From contig CAXGWX010000002.1 in assembly GCA_964013445.1 (NCBI GenBank), positions 1 to 61,618 on the forward strand: a stretch of 61,618 nucleotides of DNA, given 5' to 3'. Both the position numbers and the translations under genes were made by a program. The notes beneath the pieces were generated by a model. That model did no database searches. It had not been told where the DNA came from and saw nothing but the letters and a program-made list of their open reading frames with translations. The stretch is from an uncultured Bdellovibrionales bacterium (lineage in GTDB: Bacteria; Myxococcota; XYA12-FULL-58-9; JASMKV01). Position 1 is the first letter of the stretch; each line of letters begins with the position of its first letter. Of this stretch, positions 43,749 through 54,949 are shown piece by piece.

Positions 43749-46000
43749 GATTTCCTATCGCTTTCTTTCTCATAGCGATGCTTCATTAAGAATGCTATCG
43801 CTGCTCGGGCGGAATCCATATTATATCCATAGGAGTCTTGCAAATGCTTGAACATCTTTTCACATTGTTCAACTTCTTTTGCTTCAAGCTTGTATGGCTC
43901 GTCCGCACTGTGCTTTAAAAAATTAGTATTCATCCGAACAATGACAGAGCGGCGTTTTTCAAAGAAGTCATTTTTTAACTGACTTAGGAAGTTTCGAAAA
44001 ATATCTGAATAATCCGGCTTTTCACCCGGTCTCTCCAGCGCTTTTGCTGCTATAGCGCTAATGATGGAGTGGCGAAAATCACTGACCTTCTCTTTCTTGC
44101 TCATTAGAACATCTTCAATTTCTTCCATAAGCTTAAGATCCGGGTCCGCATATTTATTCGCAACTGGATCCCAAAGTTTCTCTTTCTTTACCCAATGGGA
44201 AACGTGATCGACATAGCGTGTAAATAAATTTAATTCGCTATGATTAGCTGTTAGGCCCATGGATTCACGTATTTCGTCGTCGATGAGATCGAGGTAAAGA
44301 TCTCGAGTCTGTTCCAGGAATGCTTTGTGGTCGTGAAATTTTCCGACAATTTCTTGCTTTAAGAAAGGGTATACGGATTTGCTGCCAAGAAGATTTTCGA
44401 TTTCGAGAAATACCGATTCTGGGTTTAAAAAATCGAAATGCTCATCGTGTGCAGCATTCAATAGGATAGTTTTCAGTTCACGAGCGCTGGCTCCAAAGCG
44501 TCCTTCATAGTTGGGATAACTTAAAGTTTCTTTGTAAAGTAAGGGCAGGTTTTGCAGCAGTAGACGCTCCTCTTGACGTGTTAAGCGCTCGGGAAAATCA
44601 CCTTTGTCATAGAGTCTGAGTTTCTCAATAGGGGTTAAGTCCTTAATCAGAGCCCTTATGGCCTTTGCATGACGTTCAGGGTCGTTACGTCGCATGCGCG
44701 TGAGAACACCCCAGAAAGCAACAATTTCTATTGTGTGTGGGGCAACATGCTTACCAAGAATCTTTTCACTGATGGTCTGTGTGTAGATTTCCTTTTCTTG
44801 CGCGTAATGTAAAAGATAGGGAACTTTGATAAGCTCCATCCGCCCTTTAAAGGAGGGGAAGTCGGGATGTTCTTTAAAGGCTTCCAGATAGGTATCGTTG
44901 GTCGAAGCGATCAGCACCATATCTAAATGCAGCGCAAAGGAATCCATTTCTACGTTGGATGTTTCAACCGTAGATAATAGATATTTAAATGACTCTACCG
45001 GTCGCTTAAGTAGATCAGCGTATTCGAGAATTCCTCGGTTTGCGGAAACTAAGGGGCCGTGTGGCTCGAAAAGTGATACGTGGTGTAGCGCTTTGGGCAA
45101 GGCCGCCAGGGTCTTATCAGCTGTAACTTGTTGCATTTTGGCATCAACAGAAAGCTGTGGCTCAATGGTGGCCGCACCTTTCCGATAACGTTTGGAAATA
45201 TAAAAACGTTCAACCTGAATGTGTTTGAGGACCTCTGAGAGCCGCCCATTATAAGATGTTAGCAATGCATCAAAAATTTTACGATTTTTTTGGCTTAGGT
45301 CACCGAATCGTAAGTAATGGCTTAGCTGAAACTTTGTTTCACCCTCCAACCCTTCCGGAAAGGCAGAGTCAATAAAATCCATCCGTTCTTTACAGGGTAT
45401 CAAAAATAATGGGTGGTCATGCATTTCGCTTGGAATGCGGGCATCTATATCTTCTGCATTCAGGAAAGCAAAAGTTTCACTTGTGCTGGCGATGGCATCG
45501 TTTTCACCAAAGCCAATTTGTTCTTTTCCAGGGGTTTTGTTGGGGAAAATCCAGTTAAAGGTGTAAAGAGCGCCATCTTCACGTTTTGAGTAATCTTCCA
45601 TGGCGCTCATCATGCAGCGTACCATGGAACTTTTTGCGCTACCGTTGGGGCCGTGAAGCAGGATGAGTTTATTTGTCTGACCTTGGCGTGCAAAGTTTTT
45701 TAAGCACAAATAAATTTGTTCTTGAATTTTTTCCTGTCCAGCAACTTTATTTTCACCTTGATTAAAGGGCATATCAAAAAGTTTATAGCGGGTTGTATTG
45801 CCCGTTGGGTGTTGCAGCTCCGTGGTGCCATAAAAGTCAAAGAGGTCGACCAAATATTGAGCAGATGAGCGCAGATGCTTGTGTGGTTCAGCTTCAACGA
45901 TTTCCAGATATTCGGAGAATGATAGCAGGGTGCGGTCTGCAGCAAATTGTTCCTGAACCGCATCTGAAAACTTTTTTATATCATTCATCTTGTTACTCAT
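43745..46000 (-). CDS. prkA: PrkA-family AAA+ / serine protein kinase-like protein
   Basis: N-terminal PrkA AAA region with Walker A LLHGPNGSAKSS, followed by a long C-terminal PrkA-type domain. At 751 aa it is longer than the ~630-645-aa YeaG/PrkA. Confidence 0.85.
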   Translation of the reverse strand: MSNKMNDIKKFSDAVQEQFAADRTLLSFSEYLEIVEAEPHKHLRSSAQYLVDLFDFYGTTELQHPTGNTTRYKLFDMPFNQGENKVAGQEKIQEQIYLCLKNFARQGQTNKLILLHGPNGSAKSSMVRCMMSAMEDYSKREDGALYTFNWIFPNKTPGKEQIGFGENDAIASTSETFAFLNAEDIDARIPSEMHDHPLFLIPCKERMDFIDSAFPEGLEGETKFQLSHYLRFGDLSQKNRKIFDALLTSYNGRLSEVLKHIQVERFYISKRYRKGAATIEPQLSVDAKMQQVTADKTLAALPKALHHVSLFEPHGPLVSANRGILEYADLLKRPVESFKYLLSTVETSNVEMDSFALHLDMVLIASTNDTYLEAFKEHPDFPSFKGRMELIKVPYLLHYAQEKEIYTQTISEKILGKHVAPHTIEIVAFWGVLTRMRRNDPERHAKAIRALIKDLTPIEKLRLYDKGDFPERLTRQEERLLLQNLPLLYKETLSYPNYEGRFGASARELKTILLNAAHDEHFDFLNPESVFLEIENLLGSKSVYPFLKQEIVGKFHDHKAFLEQTRDLYLDLIDDEIRESMGLTANHSELNLFTRYVDHVSHWVKKEKLWDPVANKYADPDLKLMEEIEDVLMSKKEKVSDFRHSIISAIAAKALERPGEKPDYSDIFRNFLSQLKNDFFEKRRSVIVRMNTNFLKHSADEPYKLEAKEVEQCEKMFKHLQDSYGYNMDSARAAIAFLMKHRYEKESDRKS

Positions 46001-47445
46001 CTTACATCACTTATTGTAGATCTTTTATATGAAAATGCTATTTTCCTTTTAAGTGCTCTGGTTAAGTGCACCTTAAGCTTATTGGGGACAGTTTTTTTCT
46101 TCGCCAGCAACACTTTAACTCCTTGATTATCAAAGGAAATGTTTGGGGCCTGCGGAATGGAGGAATGGACAGACCAGAGCTGTAGCGCGCAAAGTGCGGC
46201 GATTTTATCGCAGGCGTCGCGGTCTTTTGCGCGCGGCGGACCATGGTTCTTTGTCGATTTTCCGTGGATTGCTTTCTTAATGATGTAGATCGTGTCTCGA
46301 AGTTCCGCCTTGGTGAGCCCAAGGGTTCCAGCATTGTTTATGGAGGCATCTTCTAATGCACTGTCTCTTACAATTTTGTCCGATGCAGAAAGTAAACAGA
46401 AAGTTGCAATTTTCGCCAAGCGAAGTGCGGGACCCCAGAGGTGCAGAACCGGTTTGAGCTGTAGAAATAGTTGTTCAAGCTGGAGAAGTGCAGTTTTGAT
46501 TTTTTTGGGAATTTGATCTGGATAAAGTGCGCTTTCGAACTCCTGGTTTGCTTGTTTCAAACTAAGCTCGTCACAGAGGGCCTCCCGCAAGCCTGTGCCA
46601 GGCACCAAGATCTTTTCCAAGCCATAGAGCTCGGAAAGACACTGCATCACGAGGGCTGCAGGGAGAATGATATCTGCTCTATCAGAGCGTAAGCCATAAC
46701 GCAGCTGCCGTTGTTTTACGGTATATCGACATAGCTTATTAGAAAAGTTGGCCAGAGCCTTAACTTTAATTGTGGGCATAAGGCTTTTATTTAAAGGCAC
46801 GAGTCTTGCCAGCACATCAAGATTACCGCCCGTACCAATCGCCAAGGGGGATTCTTGGACGTTTTCAATATATTTTTTCAATGCTGACTTTAAGATGGTG
46901 TGTTCCCTCGCAAGTTCCGAGGGGGTAAGGGGTTGCCCAAGCTTAGGATGCGCCTGGGCAATTCTTACGGTGCCAAAAGGTATGGATTTCCCACTCGGCT
47001 GATTTGCATTTTGCAACTCCAGGCTGCCTCCGCCCAGATCAACGAGCAGGGTGCTTGCGGGCACATATCCTGCGGCTTGTAGCAGGGCTCGTTTGGATAA
47101 AATACTTTCTTCCCGGCCCGAAATTATTTCACATTGAATGTCCGTTTCTTTAAATATGGTTTTGATAATCGCTGAACCATTCTTGGCATCACGCATCGCT
47201 GAGGTTGCCACCGCGCGGTAATTTGTGACCTTAGCTTCTGTAAGTTCTCTGGCGATGCTTTGAAAAACGTTTAAGAGTTTGGCTTTGGTTGCGGTGGTAA
47301 TGGTTTGTTTGGCGAAAACGTCCGCTCCCAAGCGTAAAGGGTAGCGAATGAATTGTTCATTGGTCTCTATGCCGTAACGATTGAAGGTGATGATGAGTAA
47401 GCGGATCGCGTTTGAGCCTACATCGATGGCGGCAATTTTTGGCAT
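45997..47445 (-). CDS. ppx: Ppx/GppA-family phosphatase (exopolyphosphatase or pppGpp phosphohydrolase)
   Basis: Actin-fold phosphate motifs IAAIDVGSNAIRLLI and LLVDLGGGSLEL, plus a helical C-terminal domain. Its stop overlaps the prkA start by 4 nt. Confidence 0.85.
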   Translation of the reverse strand: MPKIAAIDVGSNAIRLLIITFNRYGIETNEQFIRYPLRLGADVFAKQTITTATKAKLLNVFQSIARELTEAKVTNYRAVATSAMRDAKNGSAIIKTIFKETDIQCEIISGREESILSKRALLQAAGYVPASTLLVDLGGGSLELQNANQPSGKSIPFGTVRIAQAHPKLGQPLTPSELAREHTILKSALKKYIENVQESPLAIGTGGNLDVLARLVPLNKSLMPTIKVKALANFSNKLCRYTVKQRQLRYGLRSDRADIILPAALVMQCLSELYGLEKILVPGTGLREALCDELSLKQANQEFESALYPDQIPKKIKTALLQLEQLFLQLKPVLHLWGPALRLAKIATFCLLSASDKIVRDSALEDASINNAGTLGLTKAELRDTIYIIKKAIHGKSTKNHGPPRAKDRDACDKIAALCALQLWSVHSSIPQAPNISFDNQGVKVLLAKKKTVPNKLKVHLTRALKRKIAFSYKRSTISDVR

Positions 47446-47460
47446 CTGTATTTTAGTTGG

Positions 47461-48714
47461 TTAAGCGCTTTTTTTGGTTTCAAAAGTCAGTTTCGGTGGT
47501 TTCTTATTTTTGATCACATCAGCAGTAATGCGACACTTCTTAAGGTTTTCTTTAAAGGGTACTTCATACATAATATCTAACATTGCGCCTTCAAGAATTC
47601 CTCTTAAGCCCCGTGCTCCACTACGGTTTTCCATCGCTTCTTGGGCGACGGAACGAATTGCTGCTCTATCAAAGGTTAAATCGACCTGTTCGAGAGAAAA
47701 TAATTTTTGATACTGTTTGATGAGTGCATTTTTTGGCTCAGTGAGAATGCGTTCAAGATCCTTATGCTCGAGATCGTCGAAGGTGGCTATAATCGGTAGT
47801 CTGCCGACAAATTCAGGAATTAAGCCGTATTTATTCATGTCTTCAGGCGCGACATTCTTGAGGATCTCACCTATTTTCTTTTTCTCCGCTCGAGTTAAGT
47901 CAGCGCCAAAACCCAAGCCTCGTTTGCCGGTGCGCCGCTGGATGATTTGTTCAATGCCTGTAAAGCTGCCCCCACAAATAACCAGGATCTGCGAAGTATC
48001 GACTTGCATCATTTCGTTTTGCCCGTATTTTCTGGAGCCGCGGGGGGCAACGTTGGCCATTGTCCCTTCAATAATTTTCAGGAGAGCTTGTTGCACGCCC
48101 TCGCCGGAGACATCGCGGGTCATTGAAGGGGAATCGCCACGCCTCGCAATTTTGTCAATTTCGTCGATATAGATAATGCCTTGCTGGGCACGTTCGACGT
48201 CGCCATCGGCCGCGGCCAGGAGATTGCTCAAGATGTTCTCAACGTCTTCACCCACGTAGCCCGCTTCCGTTAGTGTGGTGGCATCAGCGATGGTAAAGGG
48301 GACATTCAAAAGTTTAGCCAGGCTTTGAGCCAGGAGTGTTTTCCCTGTGCCGGTGGGGCCAACCAGTAACACATTTGATTTCGATATCTCTATTTCATCT
48401 GCACCATTTTCGAGAATATGGCGGATACGCTTATAATGATTGTAGACCGCAACACTAACGACCTTTTTCGCGTCTGCTTGCCCGATGACGTAATTGTCCA
48501 GGAAGTTTACCATCTCTTCAGGGGTGGGAAGAGCCTTGGGCTCTTGTTCGAGAAGTTCTTTTTCTGTTTCCTCGTCAATAATATCGGTACAGAGGCGGAT
48601 ACACTCGTCACAGATGTATACGGTAGGGCCTGCAATGAGTTTGCGCACTTCTTTTTGCCCTTTACCACAAAAAGAGCAGCTGAGTTGGTTGGTTCGAAAA
48701 TCTTTTGATGCCAC
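47461..48714 (-). CDS. clpX: ATP-dependent Clp protease ATP-binding subunit ClpX
   Basis: Zinc-binding N-domain CSFCGK...CDEC and Walker A GPTGTGKT. It resembles ClpX over the full length. GTG 48714 is preceded by AGGAAGAG at 7-nt spacing. The ORF-track start 48747 is TTG. Confidence 0.95.
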   Translation of the reverse strand: MASKDFRTNQLSCSFCGKGQKEVRKLIAGPTVYICDECIRLCTDIIDEETEKELLEQEPKALPTPEEMVNFLDNYVIGQADAKKVVSVAVYNHYKRIRHILENGADEIEISKSNVLLVGPTGTGKTLLAQSLAKLLNVPFTIADATTLTEAGYVGEDVENILSNLLAAADGDVERAQQGIIYIDEIDKIARRGDSPSMTRDVSGEGVQQALLKIIEGTMANVAPRGSRKYGQNEMMQVDTSQILVICGGSFTGIEQIIQRRTGKRGLGFGADLTRAEKKKIGEILKNVAPEDMNKYGLIPEFVGRLPIIATFDDLEHKDLERILTEPKNALIKQYQKLFSLEQVDLTFDRAAIRSVAQEAMENRSGARGLRGILEGAMLDIMYEVPFKENLKKCRITADVIKNKKPPKLTFETKKSA

Positions 48715-48816
48715 GAGAATACTCTTCCTAGAACTCCAGTTTAGCAAAGCTCTATGGTGGCAGCCAAAGCTTTTTTTAGGGTCTTTTTGGCATCGATTTT
48801 GCGCTCCCTTAGTCGC

Positions 48817-48845
48817 TTGACACCTACCGAACCGTTCTTTAAAGT
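48817..48845 (+). promoter_or_regulatory. Candidate sigma70-type promoter for hrcA (TTGACA-17-TAAAGT)
   Basis: TTGACA lies at 48817-22, followed by a 17-nt spacer and TAAAGT at 48840-45. The predicted TSS near 48852 is only about 3 nt before ATG 48855. There is no SD. Confidence 0.35.
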
Positions 48846-48854
48846 TTCGTAAAT

Positions 48855-49877
48855 ATGGATAAGGAAAGAAGAAATCAGTATATTCTGGAACTTACGGTAG
48901 CGACCTATTTGCAGACCGGTCAGCCCATTTCTTCTGCAGAATTGGCTAAACGTCTAAAAAAACTAAAGTTGTCCAGTGCCAGTATACGACACATTCTAAT
49001 TGAGCTTGAAGAGCAGGGTTATTTAACGCAGCCTCATAAAAGCTCTGGACGTTTGCCTACAGAAAAAGGTTTGCGCTTCTACCTTGATCGCTTTGAGCAG
49101 CTTCGATTACGCCGAAAAGATCGGCAGGCTATCGATCATGCTCTATGCAGTGAGCATATGGAATTGGTTCCGCAGGTTCTTGGCCAGTCCCTGTCTATGC
49201 TTTCGGGGCAGCTGGCCTTGATTGCTTTGCCCAATCATGAAGGTCGTCGTTTTCGCGAAATTGCTCTTATGCGCTACGACAAACAACAGTATTTGGCTTG
49301 TGTGGTTTTTGAGAATGGGTTGCTTGAGCAGAAGCGTTTAAATGTGAACTTTGTACTCGATGATATTGAATTACAGCGTATTCAAAATCTTTTGAATGAA
49401 CGGCTGAAACATCGGACATTAAACGAAGCAAAAAAACTTATTGAAGAGGAACTAGGTCAAGCTAAGGAAGAGGCCAGACGCTTTGAGGAGAAGGCCTATC
49501 AAATGGGGGCGCAGGTTTTGCCGATGGTAGAGGCAAAGATATCTGTTTTTGGCCGAGCGCAACTCGTGCGCCAGCCGGAGTATATGGATGATTTGAAAAA
49601 GCTACCAACCCTTCTCGATGCAATTGAGCGAAACGAAATACTTTTGAAACTGCTCGAAAGCCTAAAGCAGGCCGATGGCACGCAGGTCCTTCTGGGCTCG
49701 GAGCACAATGTTGATCCGGTGTCGCCTTTAACCTGTATTGGGGGAACATGGACAGGAAACGATTCTGGAGAAATAGTAGTTGGGTTGCTGGGACCTAAAC
49801 GAATGAATTACGGACGCCTCTTGCCGATGGTTGATTACGCAACGCGACGTTTGGGCGATTATTGGAACGATCTCTAG
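48855..49877 (+). CDS. hrcA: Heat-inducible transcription repressor HrcA
   Basis: 340 aa. It has an N-terminal winged-helix segment ([19 protein letters not shown]) and is the first gene of hrcA-grpE-dnaK-dnaJ. Confidence 0.9.
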   Translation: MDKERRNQYILELTVATYLQTGQPISSAELAKRLKKLKLSSASIRHILIELEEQGYLTQPHKSSGRLPTEKGLRFYLDRFEQLRLRRKDRQAIDHALCSEHMELVPQVLGQSLSMLSGQLALIALPNHEGRRFREIALMRYDKQQYLACVVFENGLLEQKRLNVNFVLDDIELQRIQNLLNERLKHRTLNEAKKLIEEELGQAKEEARRFEEKAYQMGAQVLPMVEAKISVFGRAQLVRQPEYMDDLKKLPTLLDAIERNEILLKLLESLKQADGTQVLLGSEHNVDPVSPLTCIGGTWTGNDSGEIVVGLLGPKRMNYGRLLPMVDYATRRLGDYWNDL

Positions 49878-49904
49878 ATCGCGTCTTGGGAAGCATAGAA
49901 GGAT

Positions 49905-50582
49905 ATGGCAGCGGAATTTGATCTTGGAAGCGAACTTGAGGCGGCCATGGCCCAGGCCCTGGAGTCGGTTGAGCGTATTGAGTCTGAACGAAAAGGGGAA
50001 GAGCCGAAGCCTGCAAAGAAAGAGGAAGATGAAGATCCTTCCTTAAAGTATCGTCAGGGATGGCAGGATATCGGTGATGATGAAGATGAGGACGAATTAA
50101 GTTCGGTTCGCAAGCAGCTTTTACGCTTGGCTGCGGATTTCGATAATTTTAGAAAAAATGCGCGAAAAGAAATTGCGAAGGTTAGGGACTTTGGTAATGA
50201 GCAGCTTTTTCTCTCTTTGCTGCCGATATTAGATAACCTTGAACGAGCCTTAGAGCACCATGAAGGTGTGGACGACAAATGGGTTCACGGTGTTGAGATA
50301 ATTTGCAAGCAGTTTTCTGAGGTTTTGGAGAGTTTTGGTGTGGTTAGCTTCCCCTGTCTTGGTGAAACTTTTGATCCGGAAAAGCACGAAGCAGTGGAAA
50401 AAGTACCTGCTGAGGACGGAAAATCTGGCGTAGTAGTCGAAGAATTTGCTAAAGGATATATGCAGCACAAAGAGCTTCTGCGTCCAGCACAGGTTGTTGT
50501 GGCAGTTGCTGGCTATGTTAAGGAAGAAATGGATCTTGATGGCATAGAGATATTGGCGGATATCGAGGATGAAGAAGGGTAA
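49905..50582 (+). CDS. grpE: Nucleotide exchange factor GrpE
   Basis: Acidic N-terminus, the ADFDNFRKNARKE motif, and a C-terminal beta domain. It lies between hrcA and dnaK. Confidence 0.9.
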   Translation: MAAEFDLGSELEAAMAQALESVERIESERKGEEPKPAKKEEDEDPSLKYRQGWQDIGDDEDEDELSSVRKQLLRLAADFDNFRKNARKEIAKVRDFGNEQLFLSLLPILDNLERALEHHEGVDDKWVHGVEIICKQFSEVLESFGVVSFPCLGETFDPEKHEAVEKVPAEDGKSGVVVEEFAKGYMQHKELLRPAQVVVAVAGYVKEEMDLDGIEILADIEDEEG

Positions 50583-50594
50583 GCGTGTTAGCTC

Positions 50595-52400
50595 ATGGGT
50601 AAGACAGTAGGTATAGATTTAGGAACGACAAACTCCGTTGTCAGTGTGCTTGAAGGCTCTCGCCCGACGGTTATTCCAAACAATGAGGGCTCACGAACAA
50701 CACCTTCAATGGTGGCTTTTGGAGAAGAAGGTGAGCGTTTGATGGGACATGTTGCCAAGCGACAGGCTGTAACAAACGCCGAGAATACCTTATATTCAGT
50801 TAAACGATTTATTGGTCGTCGTTTTTCAGAAGAGCAGACCCAGAAGAACATCAGTCGCATGCCATATAAAATTGTTGAGTCAGAGCGTGGCGATGCATTC
50901 GTTGAGGCGGGTGATGAAACCTACTCTCCAGCAGAAATATCCGCAATGATTCTTGGAAATATGAAGGAAATTGCGGAGGAGTATCTTGGTGACACTGTAA
51001 CGGACGCGGTGATTACAGTTCCGGCATATTTTGATGATAGCCAGCGTCAAGCAACAAGGGATGCGGGGAAAATTGCAGGATTAAATGTTGAAAGAATTAT
51101 CAACGAGCCGACAGCTGCGGCTTTGGCTTACGGTGTGGACAAGAAAGATGATCGAAAAATCGCTGTCTATGACCTTGGTGGTGGAACGTTCGATATCTCG
51201 GTGATGGAATTGGTTGGCGATGTGTTCAACGTCATTTCTATTAGTGGGGACACCTATTTGGGTGGTGATGATTTTGACAATCGAATTATTGATTTGCTAG
51301 CGGAAGAGTTTCAGAAGGAAAATGGGGTGGACCTTCGGGGAGAGCCGATGTCGCTTCAGCGCTTGAAAGAGGCAGCAGAAAAAGCAAAGCATGAACTCTC
51401 ATCTTCGCCGGAAACAGAAATCAATCTTCCATTTATTTCTGCGGATGACGATGGCCCGAAACATTTAACGCGCACGATGACCCGTCAAGAGCTTGAAGGG
51501 TTGACTGGCGATCTGGTCGAGCGCAGCATTGAAATATGTGGTAAGGCTCTCGAAGAAGCTGAATTGGGTGTCGACGATATAGAGGATATCTTGCTGGTCG
51601 GCGGTCAGACGCGAATGCCCCTTATTCAGGAAAAAGTAAAAGAGTTTTTTGCTAAGGAGCCCAATCGCGAAATTAATCCTGATGAGGTTGTTTCTATCGG
51701 AGCAGCTTTGCAGGGTGCTGTCATTAGTGGCGATATTAAGAATGTTTTGTTGTTGGATGTCACACCGCTTTCCTTAGGGATTGAAACAGCAGGTGGCATT
51801 TTTACGGCACAAATTCCCCGTAACACCACTGTCCCGACGAAAAAGGCGGAGGTGTTTACAACAGCAAGGGACAACCAGTCATTGGTCAATGTTCACGTTT
51901 TACAAGGTGAACGACCTATGGCCATCGATAACAAGACCCTGGCACGTTTTGAGTTATTAGGTATTCCGCCGGCTCCACGAGGTGTGCCGCAAATTGAAGT
52001 CTATTTTGAAATTGACGCCAATGGGATTGTAAATGTTTCAGCAAAAGATTTGGGTACCGGTAAGCACCAAAAGGTTCGTATTACTGATCAATGCGGTCTA
52101 AATGAGCAAGAGGTGTTGGCTATTGTAGAAGACTCTGAAGCGCACAAGCATTCTGATGAGCAGAAGCGCAAAGAAGCAGAAATGGTCATTAACGCAGAAG
52201 GACTTATTTATACCACGGAGAAATCACTCGAGGAGTATGCCTCTTCTTTAGATCCGGAAGATCTTGAGCTGATTCAAAATGATTTGGATGAGTTGAAAAC
52301 GGCTCTTGAAAGCAAGGAAATTCAGCTTATCGAGCAAAATTATAAAGCTCTTGAAACTTCCTCCTACCGCATTGCGGAAACGATTTACGCACAGGGTTAG
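50595..52400 (+). CDS. dnaK: Molecular chaperone DnaK (Hsp70)
   Basis: [17 protein letters not shown] and [14 protein letters not shown] motifs. 601 aa, with a short C-terminal tail. Confidence 0.97.
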   Translation: MGKTVGIDLGTTNSVVSVLEGSRPTVIPNNEGSRTTPSMVAFGEEGERLMGHVAKRQAVTNAENTLYSVKRFIGRRFSEEQTQKNISRMPYKIVESERGDAFVEAGDETYSPAEISAMILGNMKEIAEEYLGDTVTDAVITVPAYFDDSQRQATRDAGKIAGLNVERIINEPTAAALAYGVDKKDDRKIAVYDLGGGTFDISVMELVGDVFNVISISGDTYLGGDDFDNRIIDLLAEEFQKENGVDLRGEPMSLQRLKEAAEKAKHELSSSPETEINLPFISADDDGPKHLTRTMTRQELEGLTGDLVERSIEICGKALEEAELGVDDIEDILLVGGQTRMPLIQEKVKEFFAKEPNREINPDEVVSIGAALQGAVISGDIKNVLLLDVTPLSLGIETAGGIFTAQIPRNTTVPTKKAEVFTTARDNQSLVNVHVLQGERPMAIDNKTLARFELLGIPPAPRGVPQIEVYFEIDANGIVNVSAKDLGTGKHQKVRITDQCGLNEQEVLAIVEDSEAHKHSDEQKRKEAEMVINAEGLIYTTEKSLEEYASSLDPEDLELIQNDLDELKTALESKEIQLIEQNYKALETSSYRIAETIYAQG

Positions 52401-52417
52401 AGTGCAAAGTTGGTGCA

Positions 52418-53515
52418 GTGAAAGACCCCTATAAAATATTAGGCGTCGCAAGGACTGCTGGTCCGGAAGAGATAAAAAAATCCTATCGCGCATTGGCGCA
52501 TCGTTATCATCCAGACAAAAACCCAGACGATTCACTTGCAGAGGAACGCTTTAAAGAGGCTCAAGCCGCCTATGATTTGCTAAGCGACCCACAAAAACGC
52601 AAAGAATACGACCACTTGGGCCGCTTTGGGCAATCAGCCTCGAGTAGCAGACCCCAATCTCCAGACAATGCTGGTGGCTTTGGCCAAAACTTTGGTGACC
52701 TTTTTGGTGACCTTTTTGGTGAATTTTTTTCTAATCGCAATAAATCGGTTCGTTCTCGCGGAGAGGATCGCAGATATACCCTGGAAATCGATTTTGTTCG
52801 CGCAAGTCTTGGAGGCGAGGAAGTTATACGGGTTCCCAGGGCTCACTCCTGCGTGACTTGTAATGCAACGGGGGCCAAGCCCGGCTCGTCGCCACAGCTT
52901 TGTCATGCCTGTGGAGGCTCGGGGCAGGTTGGAGTTCAGCAGGGGCTCTTTACAGTCAATAAAACCTGCACCTATTGCAGTGGTCGGGGCAAGTTGATTG
53001 CGGATCCTTGTGTTGACTGTGCTGGGCAAGGATTGCAGGAAAAGAAAGTTAATCTAAAAGTGCGTATTCCCCCAGGGACTGAATCAGGAACCACATTGCG
53101 TTATGCGGGCGAGGGTTACCCCGGAAAAGCTGGTGGGGCAGATGGTGATTTGCGAGTGGTTCTAAAGGTAAAAGCTCATCCGTTTTTTAAGCGTGACGGG
53201 GCAGATCTTTATTGTGAGCTCCCTTTGACCATTGTCGAAGCGGCCTTGGGGACTGAAGTCGATATACCCACGCTTGATGGCAAGGTGAAAATGAAAGTTC
53301 CGCCAGGTACTCAAGGAGGTAAGATTTTTCGTTTAAAAGGTAAGGGGGTGAAAAAACTATCGAGCACCTCTCGAGGCGATCAGCATGTGGAAATTAAGAT
53401 TTTGACACCGATAAAGTTGGATGCGCAAAGCCGTGCTGCGCTAGAAAACTTAAGAATGTTAAATGACGAGGAACACTACCCTGAGCGTTTAGAGTTTCGC
53501 AAGCATTTGAAGTAA
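52418..53515 (+). CDS. dnaJ: Molecular chaperone DnaJ
   Basis: J-domain HPD (YHPDKNP), a G/F region, and four CxxCxGxG zinc-finger motifs. GTG start. Confidence 0.95.
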   Translation: MKDPYKILGVARTAGPEEIKKSYRALAHRYHPDKNPDDSLAEERFKEAQAAYDLLSDPQKRKEYDHLGRFGQSASSSRPQSPDNAGGFGQNFGDLFGDLFGEFFSNRNKSVRSRGEDRRYTLEIDFVRASLGGEEVIRVPRAHSCVTCNATGAKPGSSPQLCHACGGSGQVGVQQGLFTVNKTCTYCSGRGKLIADPCVDCAGQGLQEKKVNLKVRIPPGTESGTTLRYAGEGYPGKAGGADGDLRVVLKVKAHPFFKRDGADLYCELPLTIVEAALGTEVDIPTLDGKVKMKVPPGTQGGKIFRLKGKGVKKLSSTSRGDQHVEIKILTPIKLDAQSRAALENLRMLNDEEHYPERLEFRKHLK

Positions 53516-53521
53516 AGAGGA

Positions 53522-54949
53522 CTACTTGAGTTTATCTTGTAGAATTTGATTTACCAGCTTGGGATTTGCTTTGCCCGCAGTGGCTTTCATCACTTGACCA
53601 ACAAAAAAACCCAGCAACTTTGTGTTGCCCTCTTTATATTGTCTAACATTGTCACTGTTTTCTTGAAGAATTTTGTCTACGACGGGTTCGATTTCATCGA
53701 GGTTCGTGACCTGTTTTAAGCCTTTGTTCGCAACAATGTCCTCGGGGTTTTCACCGTTTTTGAGCATTTCCTCAAAAACATCTTTGGCAATTTTTCCAGA
53801 AATAGTTTGCTCATCAATCAGTTTTACCAGTCGTCCTAAATATTGGGGTGGAAAAGCTAATGTTGTAATAGATGTGCCTTTGATAGCCCGCAGCACTTCG
53901 TTGATTACCCAGTTTCCGATCGCTTTGGGGTTTTTATGTTCCTGTAGAGCGCTTTCAAAGAAATTTGCAATTTCTACATCTTCACTTAAGACGGTAGCAT
54001 CGTATTCGCTGAGTTCAAGCTCGCTAATATAACGCTCAATCTTTTGCGTGGGCAATTCAGGAAGCGAGGAGTTAATTTCAGCGATCTGCGTTTCATTGAG
54101 AACCAGGTCGGGCAAGTCAGGATCGGGAAAGTATCGATAATCGTGGGCTTCCTCTTTGGAGCGCATCGAGCGGGTCATTTTTGCTTGAGAGTCCCACAGT
54201 CTGGTTTCCTGAATAACTTTTTCTCCTCGGTCGAGGACCTCTGTTTGTCTAAGAATTTCATACTGAATGGCCTGACTTACGAAACGAAAGGAGTTGATGT
54301 TTTTCAGCTCGGTACGAGTGCCCAGTTCTTTTTGCCCGATTGGCTTGATGGACACATTCGCATCACAACGCAAGCTGCCTTGCTCCATATTGCCATCGCA
54401 CACATCAAGATATCGTAAGATTTGTCGCAGCGACTTCATATAGGCTGCGGCCTCTTCTGGTGAATGGAGATCCGGTTTCGTGACGATTTCGACCAGTGGA
54501 ATGCCTGCTCTGTTGAAGTCAACGTATGATCTATTTCCTGCAAGAGCCGCATCGTGAACATTTTTTCCCGCGTCTTCTTCCATATGAATACGTTCGATTC
54601 GAATGGTTTTTTCTGCATCCCCAACTTTAATCGTAAGTCGGCCGTTTGAGGCAATAGGCTGATCATATTGAGAGATCTGATAGCCTTTAGGTAGATCGGG
54701 GTAGAAATAGTGTTTTCGTGACCACTGCGAACGATGATTTACGGTGCAGTTTAGTCCGATGGCAGCTCTTATGGCGAGCTCGACAGCTTGCTCATTGAGA
54801 ACAGGCAATACACCGGGCATGCCCAAGCATATTTCGTTGGTATTGGCGTTGGGAGCGGCTCCAAAATGAGTTGGTGCGGGCGAAAAAAGCTTCGAGTTAG
54901 TTTGCAGCTGTGCGTGGACTTCAAGCCCGATGACTGGTTCATAGGCCAT
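53522..54949 (-). CDS. gatB: Asp/Glu-tRNA amidotransferase subunit B
   Basis: The start [15 protein letters not shown] at ATG 54949 is typical of GatB and overlaps the gatA stop by 11 nt. The ORF-track start is 54997. Confidence 0.95.
   Translation of the reverse strand: MAYEPVIGLEVHAQLQTNSKLFSPAPTHFGAAPNANTNEICLGMPGVLPVLNEQAVELAIRAAIGLNCTVNHRSQWSRKHYFYPDLPKGYQISQYDQPIASNGRLTIKVGDAEKTIRIERIHMEEDAGKNVHDAALAGNRSYVDFNRAGIPLVEIVTKPDLHSPEEAAAYMKSLRQILRYLDVCDGNMEQGSLRCDANVSIKPIGQKELGTRTELKNINSFRFVSQAIQYEILRQTEVLDRGEKVIQETRLWDSQAKMTRSMRSKEEAHDYRYFPDPDLPDLVLNETQIAEINSSLPELPTQKIERYISELELSEYDATVLSEDVEIANFFESALQEHKNPKAIGNWVINEVLRAIKGTSITTLAFPPQYLGRLVKLIDEQTISGKIAKDVFEEMLKNGENPEDIVANKGLKQVTNLDEIEPVVDKILQENSDNVRQYKEGNTKLLGFFVGQVMKATAGKANPKLVNQILQDKLK

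Noticed and set aside
47717-48172. 151-aa ORF antisense to clpX
   Set aside because: It lies entirely within the highly conserved clpX AAA+ core. Its translation is S/R/P-rich and shows no start signals.
48741-48767. CIRCE-like TTAGCAAAG-N9-GGCAGCCAA upstream of hrcA
   Set aside because: Only 6/9 and 5/9 matches, and the two arms are not complementary to each other. It overlaps the discarded TTG-extended clpX N-terminus.
52694-52729. 12-nt tandem repeat GGTGACCTTTTT x2 plus GGTGAATTTTTT
   Set aside because: It encodes GDLFGDLFGEFF in the Gly/Phe-rich region of DnaJ. This is an expected low-complexity coding feature and not a separate element.
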